A stretch of DNA of 54,763 nucleotides from the IMG/VR virus record IMGVR_UViG_3300028394_000094, positions 1 to 54,763 of that record, one strand, 5' to 3'. How positions within the stretch are numbered: the first letter of the stretch is position 1; each line of letters opens with the position of its first letter. The notes beneath the pieces were generated by a model. It made no database searches. It saw only the letters and a program-made list of their open reading frames with translations, and had not been told where the DNA came from. Below are positions 35,783-44,736 of the stretch, in pieces. This DNA comes from a virus (Duplodnaviria > Caudoviricetes). A program made the translations under genes and the position numbers.

Positions 35783-37285
35783 TTATCGGGGCATCAATTT
35801 CTGAGGGTTAATCTTTTTACCTTGCATCGCTTTACCGGTACGGGCTTTTCTAACTCTAGCCATCATATCGTATAACACTTTAGCACCTGCATCGCTAGAC
35901 CCATTACCTAAATGAGACACTACATCAGCAGGTATCACAAACTCATCTGTGGCTAATCTTGCGGGTTGTTTGCCAGCAATTGATGCCGGAATAGAATCAG
36001 ACATACCATCGCCCGGTCCTTTTAACATTCTACCCCCAGCAGCGTGAGTATAGCCACCTAAATCTGATAAACCACCATAAGCATACATAAGCACAGGGTT
36101 TTGTTCTAACGGTATATTAGCTAACCCACCTCCAGCAAATATAGGACCGTTATACTTCGGAGGTATTGGTAAGTCGGCGGGCATACTCCCACCCCCTACT
36201 GGCGTAGGTATCATGGGTATTGTTGCTCGGGGTTCTTCGTATTGTGGTGGATATGTAACTCGACCATTTTTATCTACTTCAGGTTCCATCATGTAATACG
36301 GAATATCTTTTCTATAGTTGTAGTTTATTTTTGGTTCTTGAGGTATTGGTTTTGGTTCTTGAGGTGGATAATCAGGTTGCCGTCCAACATCCATTGGAAA
36401 CGGTTGTGGTTCCGGAAATTCGTAAATAGGTTGTGGCGGTCTTGGTCTTCCTGTTTCATCAACACGGCTTGGTTCTTCAGGTTTTGGTTTTCTTAAACCT
36501 TCTAATCCACCACCTGTTACATTTACAGGTAAGTTTTGTGGTTCAGGAGTATTTGTATAAGTTGTTGGACTAAAGTATCGTTGTCCTTGTCCTGTGGCAG
36601 CACCTATAGGTTGGGTAATTTGCTGTCTATTAGCAACTAAAGGTGTAGGTGCGTCTTTTAATCCACGAGTACCTTCATCACCCTGCCGTCTATTTAACAT
36701 CCCAATAATTGCACCAATAGCTGGTGCTACGGGAGATACCTTACCATCGGGGGCGAATACACTTTTTAAAAACCCAGTAACACTTTCAGCATCTTTAGCT
36801 TTTTTAAAGTCTAAAAGACCTTGTGGAGAGGCTGGGGTTTGACTAAGTATTGAGCCGTCAGGTTTAAATGTAGTAGTACTACCATTTACATTCCTGCTTG
36901 TTATTGTTCCATCTGGGTTTTTAACTTGTATAGAACCGGGCTGGTATCCAGTTTTTGTGTCTACCCCAGTACCAGTAATTAATTTACCGGTTTCGTCATA
37001 ACTAGCAACAACTTTACCATTTTCACCATATACGGTACTCGCCCCTGAATCATCAGTTGCTCTCCAAGTACCACTTTCTGGGTCATAGACTGCTGTTAAC
37101 GGCACTCCCGGAGGTGGAGAAGGTCCGGGTTCAGGAATTACAATAGGGTCTCGGTCAACATTTGTAGGGTCGTTTGGGTTGTAAACATAAGGGTCTTCCT
37201 CTTCATTAACAATTTCTGGACCGGTGTCATCTATATAGGGGTTATCAAGGTTAGTATCATCAAAATCACCACTGTCAATTACCAT
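35783..37285 (-). CDS. Putative internal virion protein with C-terminal GPGDGMSDSIPA domain
   Basis: GGRMLKGPGDGMSDSIPA...ARLATDEFVIPADVVS.LGNGSSDAG; low-complexity Pro-rich middle. Confidence 0.7.
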   Translation of the reverse strand: MVIDSGDFDDTNLDNPYIDDTGPEIVNEEEDPYVYNPNDPTNVDRDPIVIPEPGPSPPPGVPLTAVYDPESGTWRATDDSGASTVYGENGKVVASYDETGKLITGTGVDTKTGYQPGSIQVKNPDGTITSRNVNGSTTTFKPDGSILSQTPASPQGLLDFKKAKDAESVTGFLKSVFAPDGKVSPVAPAIGAIIGMLNRRQGDEGTRGLKDAPTPLVANRQQITQPIGAATGQGQRYFSPTTYTNTPEPQNLPVNVTGGGLEGLRKPKPEEPSRVDETGRPRPPQPIYEFPEPQPFPMDVGRQPDYPPQEPKPIPQEPKINYNYRKDIPYYMMEPEVDKNGRVTYPPQYEEPRATIPMIPTPVGGGSMPADLPIPPKYNGPIFAGGGLANIPLEQNPVLMYAYGGLSDLGGYTHAAGGRMLKGPGDGMSDSIPASIAGKQPARLATDEFVIPADVVSHLGNGSSDAGAKVLYDMMARVRKARTGKAMQGKKINPQKLMPR

Positions 37286-37318
37286 AACTTTCTCCTGTTA
37301 AGAGTTTTTTATATTGTA

Positions 37319-40255
37319 TCATTTAGACCTTCTATTTTGTGTAGTTAAGCTTGCCAAACCATGTTTTTTAGGCTTTAAAGTTGCCAATCCACCTTTTTGC
37401 ATTGGTATTTGGTTATAAACTTGTGCGGCTAAATCTGGAGCACCCAATAAACTAGCCAGCATATACCAATTATTGTTGTACTGCACCGGTGGAGGTGTTG
37501 GTGTAGTAGGCTTAACAGGCGGAGGAGGGGGAGGAGTAATTGGCGGTAAAGTAACTATAGGTGGTTTAACAGGTGTAACCGGCTTGACAGGGGTAGGTGT
37601 AACCGGCTTGACAGGCGTAACGGGGGGTACTTTTGGTGTAAACCCTGATTTAGTGCGAGCCGTTAGTTCCGGCACACCCTTCTTTAAATAAAAGTTATAT
37701 TTCTCTTCCGGCGTAGATTCAGGAGGAGGTTCTTCTTCTTCTGATTCGGGCGGTTCTTCGGGATTATCCCACGGGTCGAACGGTGGGTCAACTTCAGGAT
37801 TGTCCCACGGGTCAAACGGTTTTACAGGTCCGGGCGGTTCTACTACAGGTCCGGGCGGTTCTACTATAGGTTCTTTTGTATCTGTTGCCTCAGTAGCCCC
37901 TATAGTATTACCATCCTTATCATAAGTAATAGTACTACCATCATCATTAGTAACAGTATATGTACCGTCAGAATTTTTAATTGCGCCGGATGGAGGTGTC
38001 CAAGTTGTTGGTTTTACATCAGGTCCGGGCGGGTCAATTACAGGTTCAAGAGTTTCTGTTTCATCTGTAGGTTCTATAGTTGTAACAGTACCATCATCAT
38101 TAATTAAATATCTAATCCCAGTTTTAGGGTCAAGAAGAGTACCGTCCGGTTGCCGTTCAACATCATCAGGAATTACATCAGTATCTTTAGGTTCAGGAGT
38201 AACGTCTGTGGGTTCTTCTTTTGGTTCAACAGGTCCCGTTGTTACTGTTGGGTTTACAACAGGAGTTAAGTCGGACACAGTACCTTCAGGAACAATCTTA
38301 CCGCTATTAGATACTACCCCAATAGTTCCATCTGCTAAGGTAACTTTAGTTCCCGGCGCAGCATCAGACATATCCCCAATTTGCGGACCGGCTGGTGTCA
38401 CAGGAGTAACAGGCGTAACAGGTTTAACTTCCTCGGCTAGTCTACGTCTTTCTGCTTCATCAGCTAATCTAACTCTTTCTGCTTCCTCGGCTAGTCTACG
38501 TCTTTCTGCTTCATCAGCTAATCTAACTCTTTCGGCTTCTTCAGCAGCTAATCTAATTCTTTCGGATTCTTTAGTTGCTTCCTCGGCTAATCTAATTCTT
38601 TCGGCTTCTTCAGCAGCTTGTTTATCTGCTAGTGCTTTAGCTTCTTCCGCTTGTTTTGCTTTTAATTCTTCTGCCGCTTTAGCGGCGGCTTCTTCAGCTG
38701 CTTTCTTTTCTTCTCTAGTTTTTGCTTCTTGCGCCTCTTTAGCAGCTAATTCTTCTGCTAGTCTCTTTTCTTCAGCGTGTTTATCCGCTAGTGCTTTGGC
38801 TTCTTCCTCTTGTTTTTTTGCTAAATCTTTAGCTGCTTTATCTTCCGCAATTGCCCTATCTTCCGCTTCTTGAGCCTCTGCAATTTTTCTAATTCTTTCT
38901 TCCTCAGCAGCTTTAGCTTCTTGGTCAGCTTTAATAGTTTTAGCGGCTTCTGCGGCAATTTGTTCTGCTAATTCTTTGCCATATTTGGCTTCTAATTCTT
39001 CATAAGATTTTAATTTATCTGCAAGGTCTGTAGCTAACTTCTGAGTTTCACTATTAAGATTATTAGCTGTTGTTTCTAGTTCTTTAAGTTTGTTAGTCTG
39101 GGTATCAAATTTATTAGATACTGTAGTTATATACCTGTCAACAAAACCGTTATATTGATCTACTTGACCAACATAAGCATCAGAATATATTTTAGCAACA
39201 TTTGCGGTACTACTTGCATTAGTTGCATGAGCAGCTGCTAATCTTTCTCGATTAGCTTTAAGTTGATCTTTAGTTTGTCCTTCAAATCTAAAGTCATCAT
39301 CAACTCCCTGCCATACAGGGTTTCCGTCATCATCTGTCCAACTTTTCTTTTCTTCAAATCTTGTATACGAACCGCCTTCGCCATCATCATATGTTTTTGT
39401 TCTAAACTGTTCAGGTGCTATTTTTGTTAACCATTCGTCAATGTGAGTAGAATTAAATTTTTCTTCTTCATAACCGGCAACGTGTCGGTTAGTCATGTCA
39501 GTATAATAAGTGGCTTGATCAAACATAAGTTTAACATTAGCATATATACTATTAGCGCCGCCAATATTTCTTTGTAATTCGTCCCAAGTTTTTGTAGCTT
39601 CACCTCTTAACTCGTTATACGCATTTCCTATTTCTTGAAGCGTTTCGCTCTTTTCGTAAATTTCACCCCATATATCGCCAACAGCGGTTGAAGCTTGTTG
39701 TAAACCATAAGTAGTTAAACTATTAGCAGTAGACTTAGCTATAGCATCACCAATACTTTTACCATTTATTATGGCAGTGGTAGCACCATTTACAGCATTT
39801 GTTATAACTTGAGTACTTAAATCTTTAGGGTCAAAAGTCATATTATTTTCTGCGGCAAAATCTCTAAACTGGTTCATTACTAAACCTTGCACAGACCCAG
39901 TAAATCCTGCTTTAAGAACTTGATCTAAAGGCTTACCTTGAATAGCTGCTGTAGCCGCCGATGCCGAGGCACTTGTTAAAACATTTGTCATTAAATCGCC
40001 ACCCATGTTTGCCGATGCGTAAGCTTGTACAACAGAAATACCAACCTGTTGAATACTGCCGTGCCCATTAGCATAACTTGTTGTTGACATAGCAACGGTT
40101 GGGGGTACTCCCACATACATTAAGGCAGCTACTTCAATTGCTTCTAACGGATGGGTTATATAAAACTTTGCTTGGCTAATAGTACTTTCAATAGTGTTAT
40201 GCACCATATCGTCAAAACTAGCAAAGAAGTTTCCAATTGCACCACCGCAACCCAT
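37319..40255 (-). CDS. Putative internal virion protein with charged helical and Pro-rich repeats
   Basis: Hydrophobic Gly/Ala N-terminus, EEAERxRLA repeats, TPVKPV repeats, C-terminal MQKGG. Confidence 0.7.
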   Translation of the reverse strand: MGCGGAIGNFFASFDDMVHNTIESTISQAKFYITHPLEAIEVAALMYVGVPPTVAMSTTSYANGHGSIQQVGISVVQAYASANMGGDLMTNVLTSASASAATAAIQGKPLDQVLKAGFTGSVQGLVMNQFRDFAAENNMTFDPKDLSTQVITNAVNGATTAIINGKSIGDAIAKSTANSLTTYGLQQASTAVGDIWGEIYEKSETLQEIGNAYNELRGEATKTWDELQRNIGGANSIYANVKLMFDQATYYTDMTNRHVAGYEEEKFNSTHIDEWLTKIAPEQFRTKTYDDGEGGSYTRFEEKKSWTDDDGNPVWQGVDDDFRFEGQTKDQLKANRERLAAAHATNASSTANVAKIYSDAYVGQVDQYNGFVDRYITTVSNKFDTQTNKLKELETTANNLNSETQKLATDLADKLKSYEELEAKYGKELAEQIAAEAAKTIKADQEAKAAEEERIRKIAEAQEAEDRAIAEDKAAKDLAKKQEEEAKALADKHAEEKRLAEELAAKEAQEAKTREEKKAAEEAAAKAAEELKAKQAEEAKALADKQAAEEAERIRLAEEATKESERIRLAAEEAERVRLADEAERRRLAEEAERVRLADEAERRRLAEEVKPVTPVTPVTPAGPQIGDMSDAAPGTKVTLADGTIGVVSNSGKIVPEGTVSDLTPVVNPTVTTGPVEPKEEPTDVTPEPKDTDVIPDDVERQPDGTLLDPKTGIRYLINDDGTVTTIEPTDETETLEPVIDPPGPDVKPTTWTPPSGAIKNSDGTYTVTNDDGSTITYDKDGNTIGATEATDTKEPIVEPPGPVVEPPGPVKPFDPWDNPEVDPPFDPWDNPEEPPESEEEEPPPESTPEEKYNFYLKKGVPELTARTKSGFTPKVPPVTPVKPVTPTPVKPVTPVKPPIVTLPPITPPPPPPVKPTTPTPPPVQYNNNWYMLASLLGAPDLAAQVYNQIPMQKGGLATLKPKKHGLASLTTQNRRSK
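38428..38533. repeat. 54-bp tandem duplication (ERVRLADEAERRRLAEE) within a CDS
   Basis: CTTCCTCGGCTAGTCTACG... at 38428 and 38482; shorter duplications at ~37763-37870. Confidence 0.85.
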
Positions 40256-40701
40256 TATTCGTCCTTTCTTATATCAACTTCTATTTGGTAGAAAGGAACA
40301 CCATTTTGATTTTTACCTGCTTCTCTAGATTGCACAGGGAACCTAGATTTAAGTATAGTAACTGTTTGAATGTTTGCGCCTTCAGCAGTTAGCCGATAAA
40401 ACCCAGCCTTCTCCATAGCACCACCAAACTCTATTATGTTACGAGCAAAAGTTTTATAACTTTTCTCGGCGTTAAATGTAGATATTAAATTTGCTTCATG
40501 TGGTTTTACTATTTCGTATAGAAACAGTGTATTGTTATTGCGCATTAATCGATATTTTGGAAACTGGATTGCCGAGTATATATAAGCATGGAACCTTTTC
40601 CAATCTACACCTGATTGTTTTACCTCGTCAGAGTTTTTGACAATATCCTCCATTGTCATTCGGTTTGGGTCAGGTTTATATTTTTGTTCTTTGGGTTTCA
40701 T
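40255..40701 (-). CDS. Hypothetical protein (possibly GNAT-like fold)
   Basis: Between nozzle and ejection genes; fold is a guess. Confidence 0.65.
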   Translation of the reverse strand: MKPKEQKYKPDPNRMTMEDIVKNSDEVKQSGVDWKRFHAYIYSAIQFPKYRLMRNNNTLFLYEIVKPHEANLISTFNAEKSYKTFARNIIEFGGAMEKAGFYRLTAEGANIQTVTILKSRFPVQSREAGKNQNGVPFYQIEVDIRKDE

Positions 40702-41027
40702 GGCGTAGCAGTTCCTATTAAGCCTCTACCAGCAGTTCCTGATAAAGAAACTACAATTGTTGTTACGCCATCGGCGGTTTTCCAATTGGTACCGTTCCAC
40801 CAAATTGGTCTATCTATTGTTGTATCATAATAATATTGCCCTATCTGTAAGTCAAGGGCAGGTCTATTAGCGGATGTTCCCGAAGCCGGTGTAAGAAGAG
40901 AGCGTGTAGCACCGTCTAAGAAAGTAAAATATAACCGCAATACGCTAGAATACTGATCTTGGTAAGATTTCTGGTAGTCCTGAGTCGCAACCGGTAGCGC
41001 AGGAGGTTGAGGTAAAAATACCTGCAT
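40698..41027 (-). CDS. Small virion-associated protein
   Basis: P.LP.A...Y...YQDQ...VLRLYF; GTSANRP...IGQYYYDTTI..PIWW. Confidence 0.7.
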   Translation of the reverse strand: MQVFLPQPPALPVATQDYQKSYQDQYSSVLRLYFTFLDGATRSLLTPASGTSANRPALDLQIGQYYYDTTIDRPIWWNGTNWKTADGVTTIVVSLSGTAGRGLIGTATP

Positions 41028-42883
41028 TATCTTCTACCATCAGCACGAATATCCATACGAGGCGCACCTAGTTGAAATGTTGAACCTATTTGATTAGACT
41101 GAACTTTAAATGACATCTGCCGTCCACGAACCCGAACATATAAATATTCTGTAAACGCTTCAACAGGATAACTAACACTCTGTACTACAGTACCATCATT
41201 AGTACCTCCAACGGATAACGGATTGTTATACCCCGAACCCGAGTTTTGTAATGGCAGTAAAGACATTGTTACTTGCGGTGCACTAGTTGTAGACCCGTTA
41301 AATGTTATATCCGGCACAATCCTCCAAACAAACCCAAAGGTATGCCCATCATCTATATCAAACTGAGAAGATGTTATGTAAGCATCTATAGCAACACCTG
41401 TTGCCGTAGTAAAGTCATCTAACCCATACTCTTGGTACACTAAGTTATTACTTGTTGTATTTAAGAATGTTGCCGCAAGTGGGTAATTTAATAATCCACT
41501 GTCTAACCATGCAGACCGGTTCATTGTGCCGTAAGACCAAATTTTTTCTAAGTAATTATAAATTACATAGCGATCAATTATTACACTAGTGGCAGAACAA
41601 TAAAACCACCAGACCTCGTTAAAGCCTTCATTAGTTGCAGCAAAAAACTGTTCTTTCTGGGCTAAGTTTATATCGTTGTAAACATATCTTCTTAAGTCAC
41701 AATTTAATGTTTGAACCTGTCCCGAATACGTATAGAACTTATCAAAACCCATCCAATAGGTAACCCCAGACGCAAGTGCTGCTGCGTTCGGTCCTACTAT
41801 AGAAATACTATCACCTAGTAATGTCGCACCCCAAACTCCCGAGGCGGCTCCTAAATACTGTAGAGAATAAAGACTTGAGTCAGTCCAAACTAAAATTTCT
41901 TGACGACTTTGTAAGGCAGTTACTATCCTAGACCCATGCGAAAGCCGTAAACTACCAGCCTGATTAGTAGCTGCTGGAGTCCATACAGTTACAGACTCTT
42001 GGTCGCCCCAACGAAGTAACATCGGGTCTTGCACGGAAGAAGAATAATCATCGCAACCAAACGCAAACACAAACCGATAGATGTCAGATATAAACACAAA
42101 ATTCTGAACTGTAGGACAGTCAGCATCGCCAATTGTGCTTAAGTTAATACCACGACCTGTTAATCCAATAGATGTAGTCCAATAATATATACCCCCACCA
42201 CGAGGTCCGAATACTAAATTTTCACCAAAATTGCTCTGACTCCATAGTTGTAATGAATTAAAGTTGGTTGTACCAGAACCCCAAAGACCTGACCCCCAAG
42301 GACCTGCGCCCCAGCCTACGTTAGGTACTACTACCGCCGGACCCACATTTAACTGATACGCAGCAGATACAGCCGAACCACCATAACTTCCAGCAGGGAT
42401 AACAGACGCAACGGTTATTGAATAGCTATTAACATTAATGTAAGTAATCTGATACTCTTGATTCCATGTTGTAGCGTAAGTACCTGTGGCACCACTAAAA
42501 GTTACAAAGTCCCCATTTACAGCACCGTGTGCTGTGGCTGTTACAGTAATAGTTGTTGTACCTGTAGAAACAAACGGGTTTGCACCCAACGTGGTAGTTA
42601 CTCGAATCGGCGTAATATCGTTATACGCACCACCACTTTCAATGTAAAACTTCAGGTTAGTGCCAACCGCAATAAGATTTGCTTGCCCTAATGTTGTCCA
42701 TGCCCATAGAGACCGACACACACCTTGATATGTTGCTCCAGAGATTCTAAGCCAGCCACCTATTTTTTCCGGCGTTCCTTGACGGAACCGAACCTTATCG
42801 CTTTCGTACCAGCCACCTTCGGTGGTGTACCTAGTATTCTCTCGATTAACTCCGGGTTTAAAAACAAGTTTCTTAAGCGGCAT
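41027..42883 (-). CDS. Tail nozzle/stabilisation protein (P22 gp10 / T7 gp12 analogue)
   Basis: MPLKKLVFKPG, VRFRQG.PEKIGGW, beta-propeller-like Trp-rich body, RVRGRQ...DGRR end; ATG 42883. Confidence 0.7.
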   Translation of the reverse strand: MPLKKLVFKPGVNRENTRYTTEGGWYESDKVRFRQGTPEKIGGWLRISGATYQGVCRSLWAWTTLGQANLIAVGTNLKFYIESGGAYNDITPIRVTTTLGANPFVSTGTTTITVTATAHGAVNGDFVTFSGATGTYATTWNQEYQITYINVNSYSITVASVIPAGSYGGSAVSAAYQLNVGPAVVVPNVGWGAGPWGSGLWGSGTTNFNSLQLWSQSNFGENLVFGPRGGGIYYWTTSIGLTGRGINLSTIGDADCPTVQNFVFISDIYRFVFAFGCDDYSSSVQDPMLLRWGDQESVTVWTPAATNQAGSLRLSHGSRIVTALQSRQEILVWTDSSLYSLQYLGAASGVWGATLLGDSISIVGPNAAALASGVTYWMGFDKFYTYSGQVQTLNCDLRRYVYNDINLAQKEQFFAATNEGFNEVWWFYCSATSVIIDRYVIYNYLEKIWSYGTMNRSAWLDSGLLNYPLAATFLNTTSNNLVYQEYGLDDFTTATGVAIDAYITSSQFDIDDGHTFGFVWRIVPDITFNGSTTSAPQVTMSLLPLQNSGSGYNNPLSVGGTNDGTVVQSVSYPVEAFTEYLYVRVRGRQMSFKVQSNQIGSTFQLGAPRMDIRADGRR

Positions 42884-43304
42884 ACAACCGAGTTCCCTGT
42901 TTGTCAATAATCAATGCTTGTTTACGGGGTGCGTTATGAATAGAGTTAGGGATACTAATGTGAGTCCATCTGTCAAACTCCCGGATAATCTGGTCATAGG
43001 GTAAACCCGAAGCTATTACAGCTTGCACAACTTCATCCGGAGTTACGCCCGGAACTCTTATGTCCGCAGCGCAACCAACCCTGTGCTGGCTAGTATCTTT
43101 AGAACCCACAGCATCATTAACCAATTTACTGCGGAAAGCGCTATTAACCATAATGGGTTTGCCCCCCAGAAGTGTTTTAACTTGTTCAAGAAACTCTGCA
43201 AGGCGGGTAAGGTTTTTAAGTTCATCATCATTTGGTGTGTTATCTAATGTGCGGTGGTCAGTATGTGTTAATTCATCAAGGGTAAAGTGAGCAGTTAAAT
43301 TCAT
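42873..43304 (-). CDS. Endolysin, peptidase M15 family
   Basis: HFTLDEL, SAFRS...N..VG...SQH..G.AAD, WTHIS. Confidence 0.9.
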   Translation of the reverse strand: MNLTAHFTLDELTHTDHRTLDNTPNDDELKNLTRLAEFLEQVKTLLGGKPIMVNSAFRSKLVNDAVGSKDTSQHRVGCAADIRVPGVTPDEVVQAVIASGLPYDQIIREFDRWTHISIPNSIHNAPRKQALIIDKQGTRLYAA

Positions 43305-43699
43305 TTTTTACCCTTCATATCCATGATTTTCTCAAGGGTTCTACCGCCAAAGTAAAAGGACATAATGAGCATACCCCACTGCCCTAGGAGTTCAACATAG
43401 TTGTTGTTTACCTCAATATCCCATGCACTCATCATACCAAAAGTGGTATATGTTACCAAGATAAATATTAACGTCATAGGACGAATGTTCTTAGATAGCC
43501 AAGAGTCTGACATCATGTCGGCTTGAACCCGTTTAGTCAGTTCTTGCTGTTCATTCATGTCGGCTTGTAACTGCGCTAACTCACCATTCTTCTGCATCTC
43601 TAATAACTTGAGTTGGGCTTCTTGTTTAGCCTGTGGGTCTGGCACAAACTTATCCACAAGTTTCATGCCAACACTTAAAATATCATCTATTCCAAACAT
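43301..43699 (-). CDS. Holin (3TM/GTA-holin type)
   Basis: DKFVPDP...K, SDSWLSKNIRP, FYFGGRTLEK; next to endolysin. Confidence 0.8.
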   Translation of the reverse strand: MFGIDDILSVGMKLVDKFVPDPQAKQEAQLKLLEMQKNGELAQLQADMNEQQELTKRVQADMMSDSWLSKNIRPMTLIFILVTYTTFGMMSAWDIEVNNNYVELLGQWGMLIMSFYFGGRTLEKIMDMKGKK

Positions 43700-43962
43700 T
43701 ATTTCCTCTTCTCTCGTTCTTCAAGCAACTGTACCTTGACTTGAAGTTGGTGTATGTCTTTATAAACTTCTTCTTTAAGTCTATGCCTTGCCTCGGCAGA
43801 CAAAGGTGAGTCAGTCGGCACGTTTTCTTTAGTGATTAGTGCTGGCATCTGCCCTTCAATCTTAGTCAGCCGTGTAGAAAAATCCGCAACCTGACCTAAT
43901 AGCCAAGCCAAACACGCTACAACAATAGGCAGTACCGCTTTTAGAACGTCTTGAATGTTCAT
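43699..43962 (-). CDS. Membrane-anchored coiled-coil protein (lysis cassette)
   Basis: N-terminal TM helix, then coiled coil. Confidence 0.65.
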   Translation of the reverse strand: MNIQDVLKAVLPIVVACLAWLLGQVADFSTRLTKIEGQMPALITKENVPTDSPLSAEARHRLKEEVYKDIHQLQVKVQLLEEREKRK

Positions 43963-44105
43963 TTCTTATTCCAAAGTTCAAACAGCGTCTTCACTTTTTC
44001 TTCGAGGACAGAAACTTTATTATCCATTTTGGCAAGCACAATAACAAGCGTTACAAACCCCACAAGCAGGGGCCAAATCTTTGCTAGGATGTCTACTGTT
44101 TCCAT
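43959..44105 (-). CDS. Small membrane protein (48 aa, lysis cassette)
   Basis: METVDILAKIWPLLVGFVTLVIVLAKMD...; GGGGGAG RBS; ATGA overlap; not in ORF track. Confidence 0.65.
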   Translation of the reverse strand: METVDILAKIWPLLVGFVTLVIVLAKMDNKVSVLEEKVKTLFELWNKK

Positions 44106-44137
44106 TGCTCCCCCTTAAAGGGGGTTGCCCCCCGCCT

Positions 44138-44374
44138 TTACTGCACAGTCTCTTCAGATGCTTGTTCTACTGGAGCCTCTAAAGATTGTTTTAACATATT
44201 AACAAATGCTTGTTTTCCCACATTGAGTTGGTCAAGATTAAACTGCGATGATGCCATTTTCCGACTTAAATCATCAATGTGATTAACCATCATTTGTTGC
44301 TCGTTGGTCATATCGTCTATCAAATACTCTACTTCATCAATAGTTATGGCGGGCTTTTTAGTGTTTTCGCTCAT
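44138..44374 (-). CDS. Small tail-fibre-associated protein
   Basis: AGGAG RBS; ITIDEVEY..DDMT.EQ; follows fibre genes. Confidence 0.7.
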   Translation of the reverse strand: MSENTKKPAITIDEVEYLIDDMTNEQQMMVNHIDDLSRKMASSQFNLDQLNVGKQAFVNMLKQSLEAPVEQASEETVQ

Positions 44375-44408
44375 GCTATTCTCCTAGGTTGTACTACGGT
44401 TTAAAAAT

Positions 44409-44726
44409 CTATGCGCTCCAAGGTAGCGGTGTATTTGCAGGGCTAACAGGTGGTGTAATTAGGCTGTCAATCTGCCCTTGTACACAAGACTGTGCGCTGT
44501 CTATTTGGTTCTCAGGAATCCAACCAATGACTAACGCCTCAGTTAGATTTGCATAAGGCACAAATGTAGTCTGGTCTGTAGAATCAAACTGTGTGTTGCC
44601 TTGAATAGAGGCAGTATAAGTGCCGTCTACTCCTGTTACTTCCCATAGTGCGTTAATCACATAGTTTGGGTCAGGCTGTTGTACTGTGTACATTGCGGTG
44701 ATTTTTGTTGTAAAGACTGTTGCCAT
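44409..44726 (-). CDS. Tail-fibre-associated protein
   Basis: AGGAG RBS before ATG 44726; FVPYANLTE..VIGW...LPW. Confidence 0.7.
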   Translation of the reverse strand: MATVFTTKITAMYTVQQPDPNYVINALWEVTGVDGTYTASIQGNTQFDSTDQTTFVPYANLTEALVIGWIPENQIDSAQSCVQGQIDSLITPPVSPANTPLPWSA

Positions 44727-44736
44727 TTTAATTCTC

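Noticed and set aside
38208-38873. Long antisense ORFs (also 48872-49408, 30759-31253, 29964-30368, 23990-24433 and other shadows)
   Set aside because: Mirror frames of real genes, Ser/Ala/Leu-rich, without RBS
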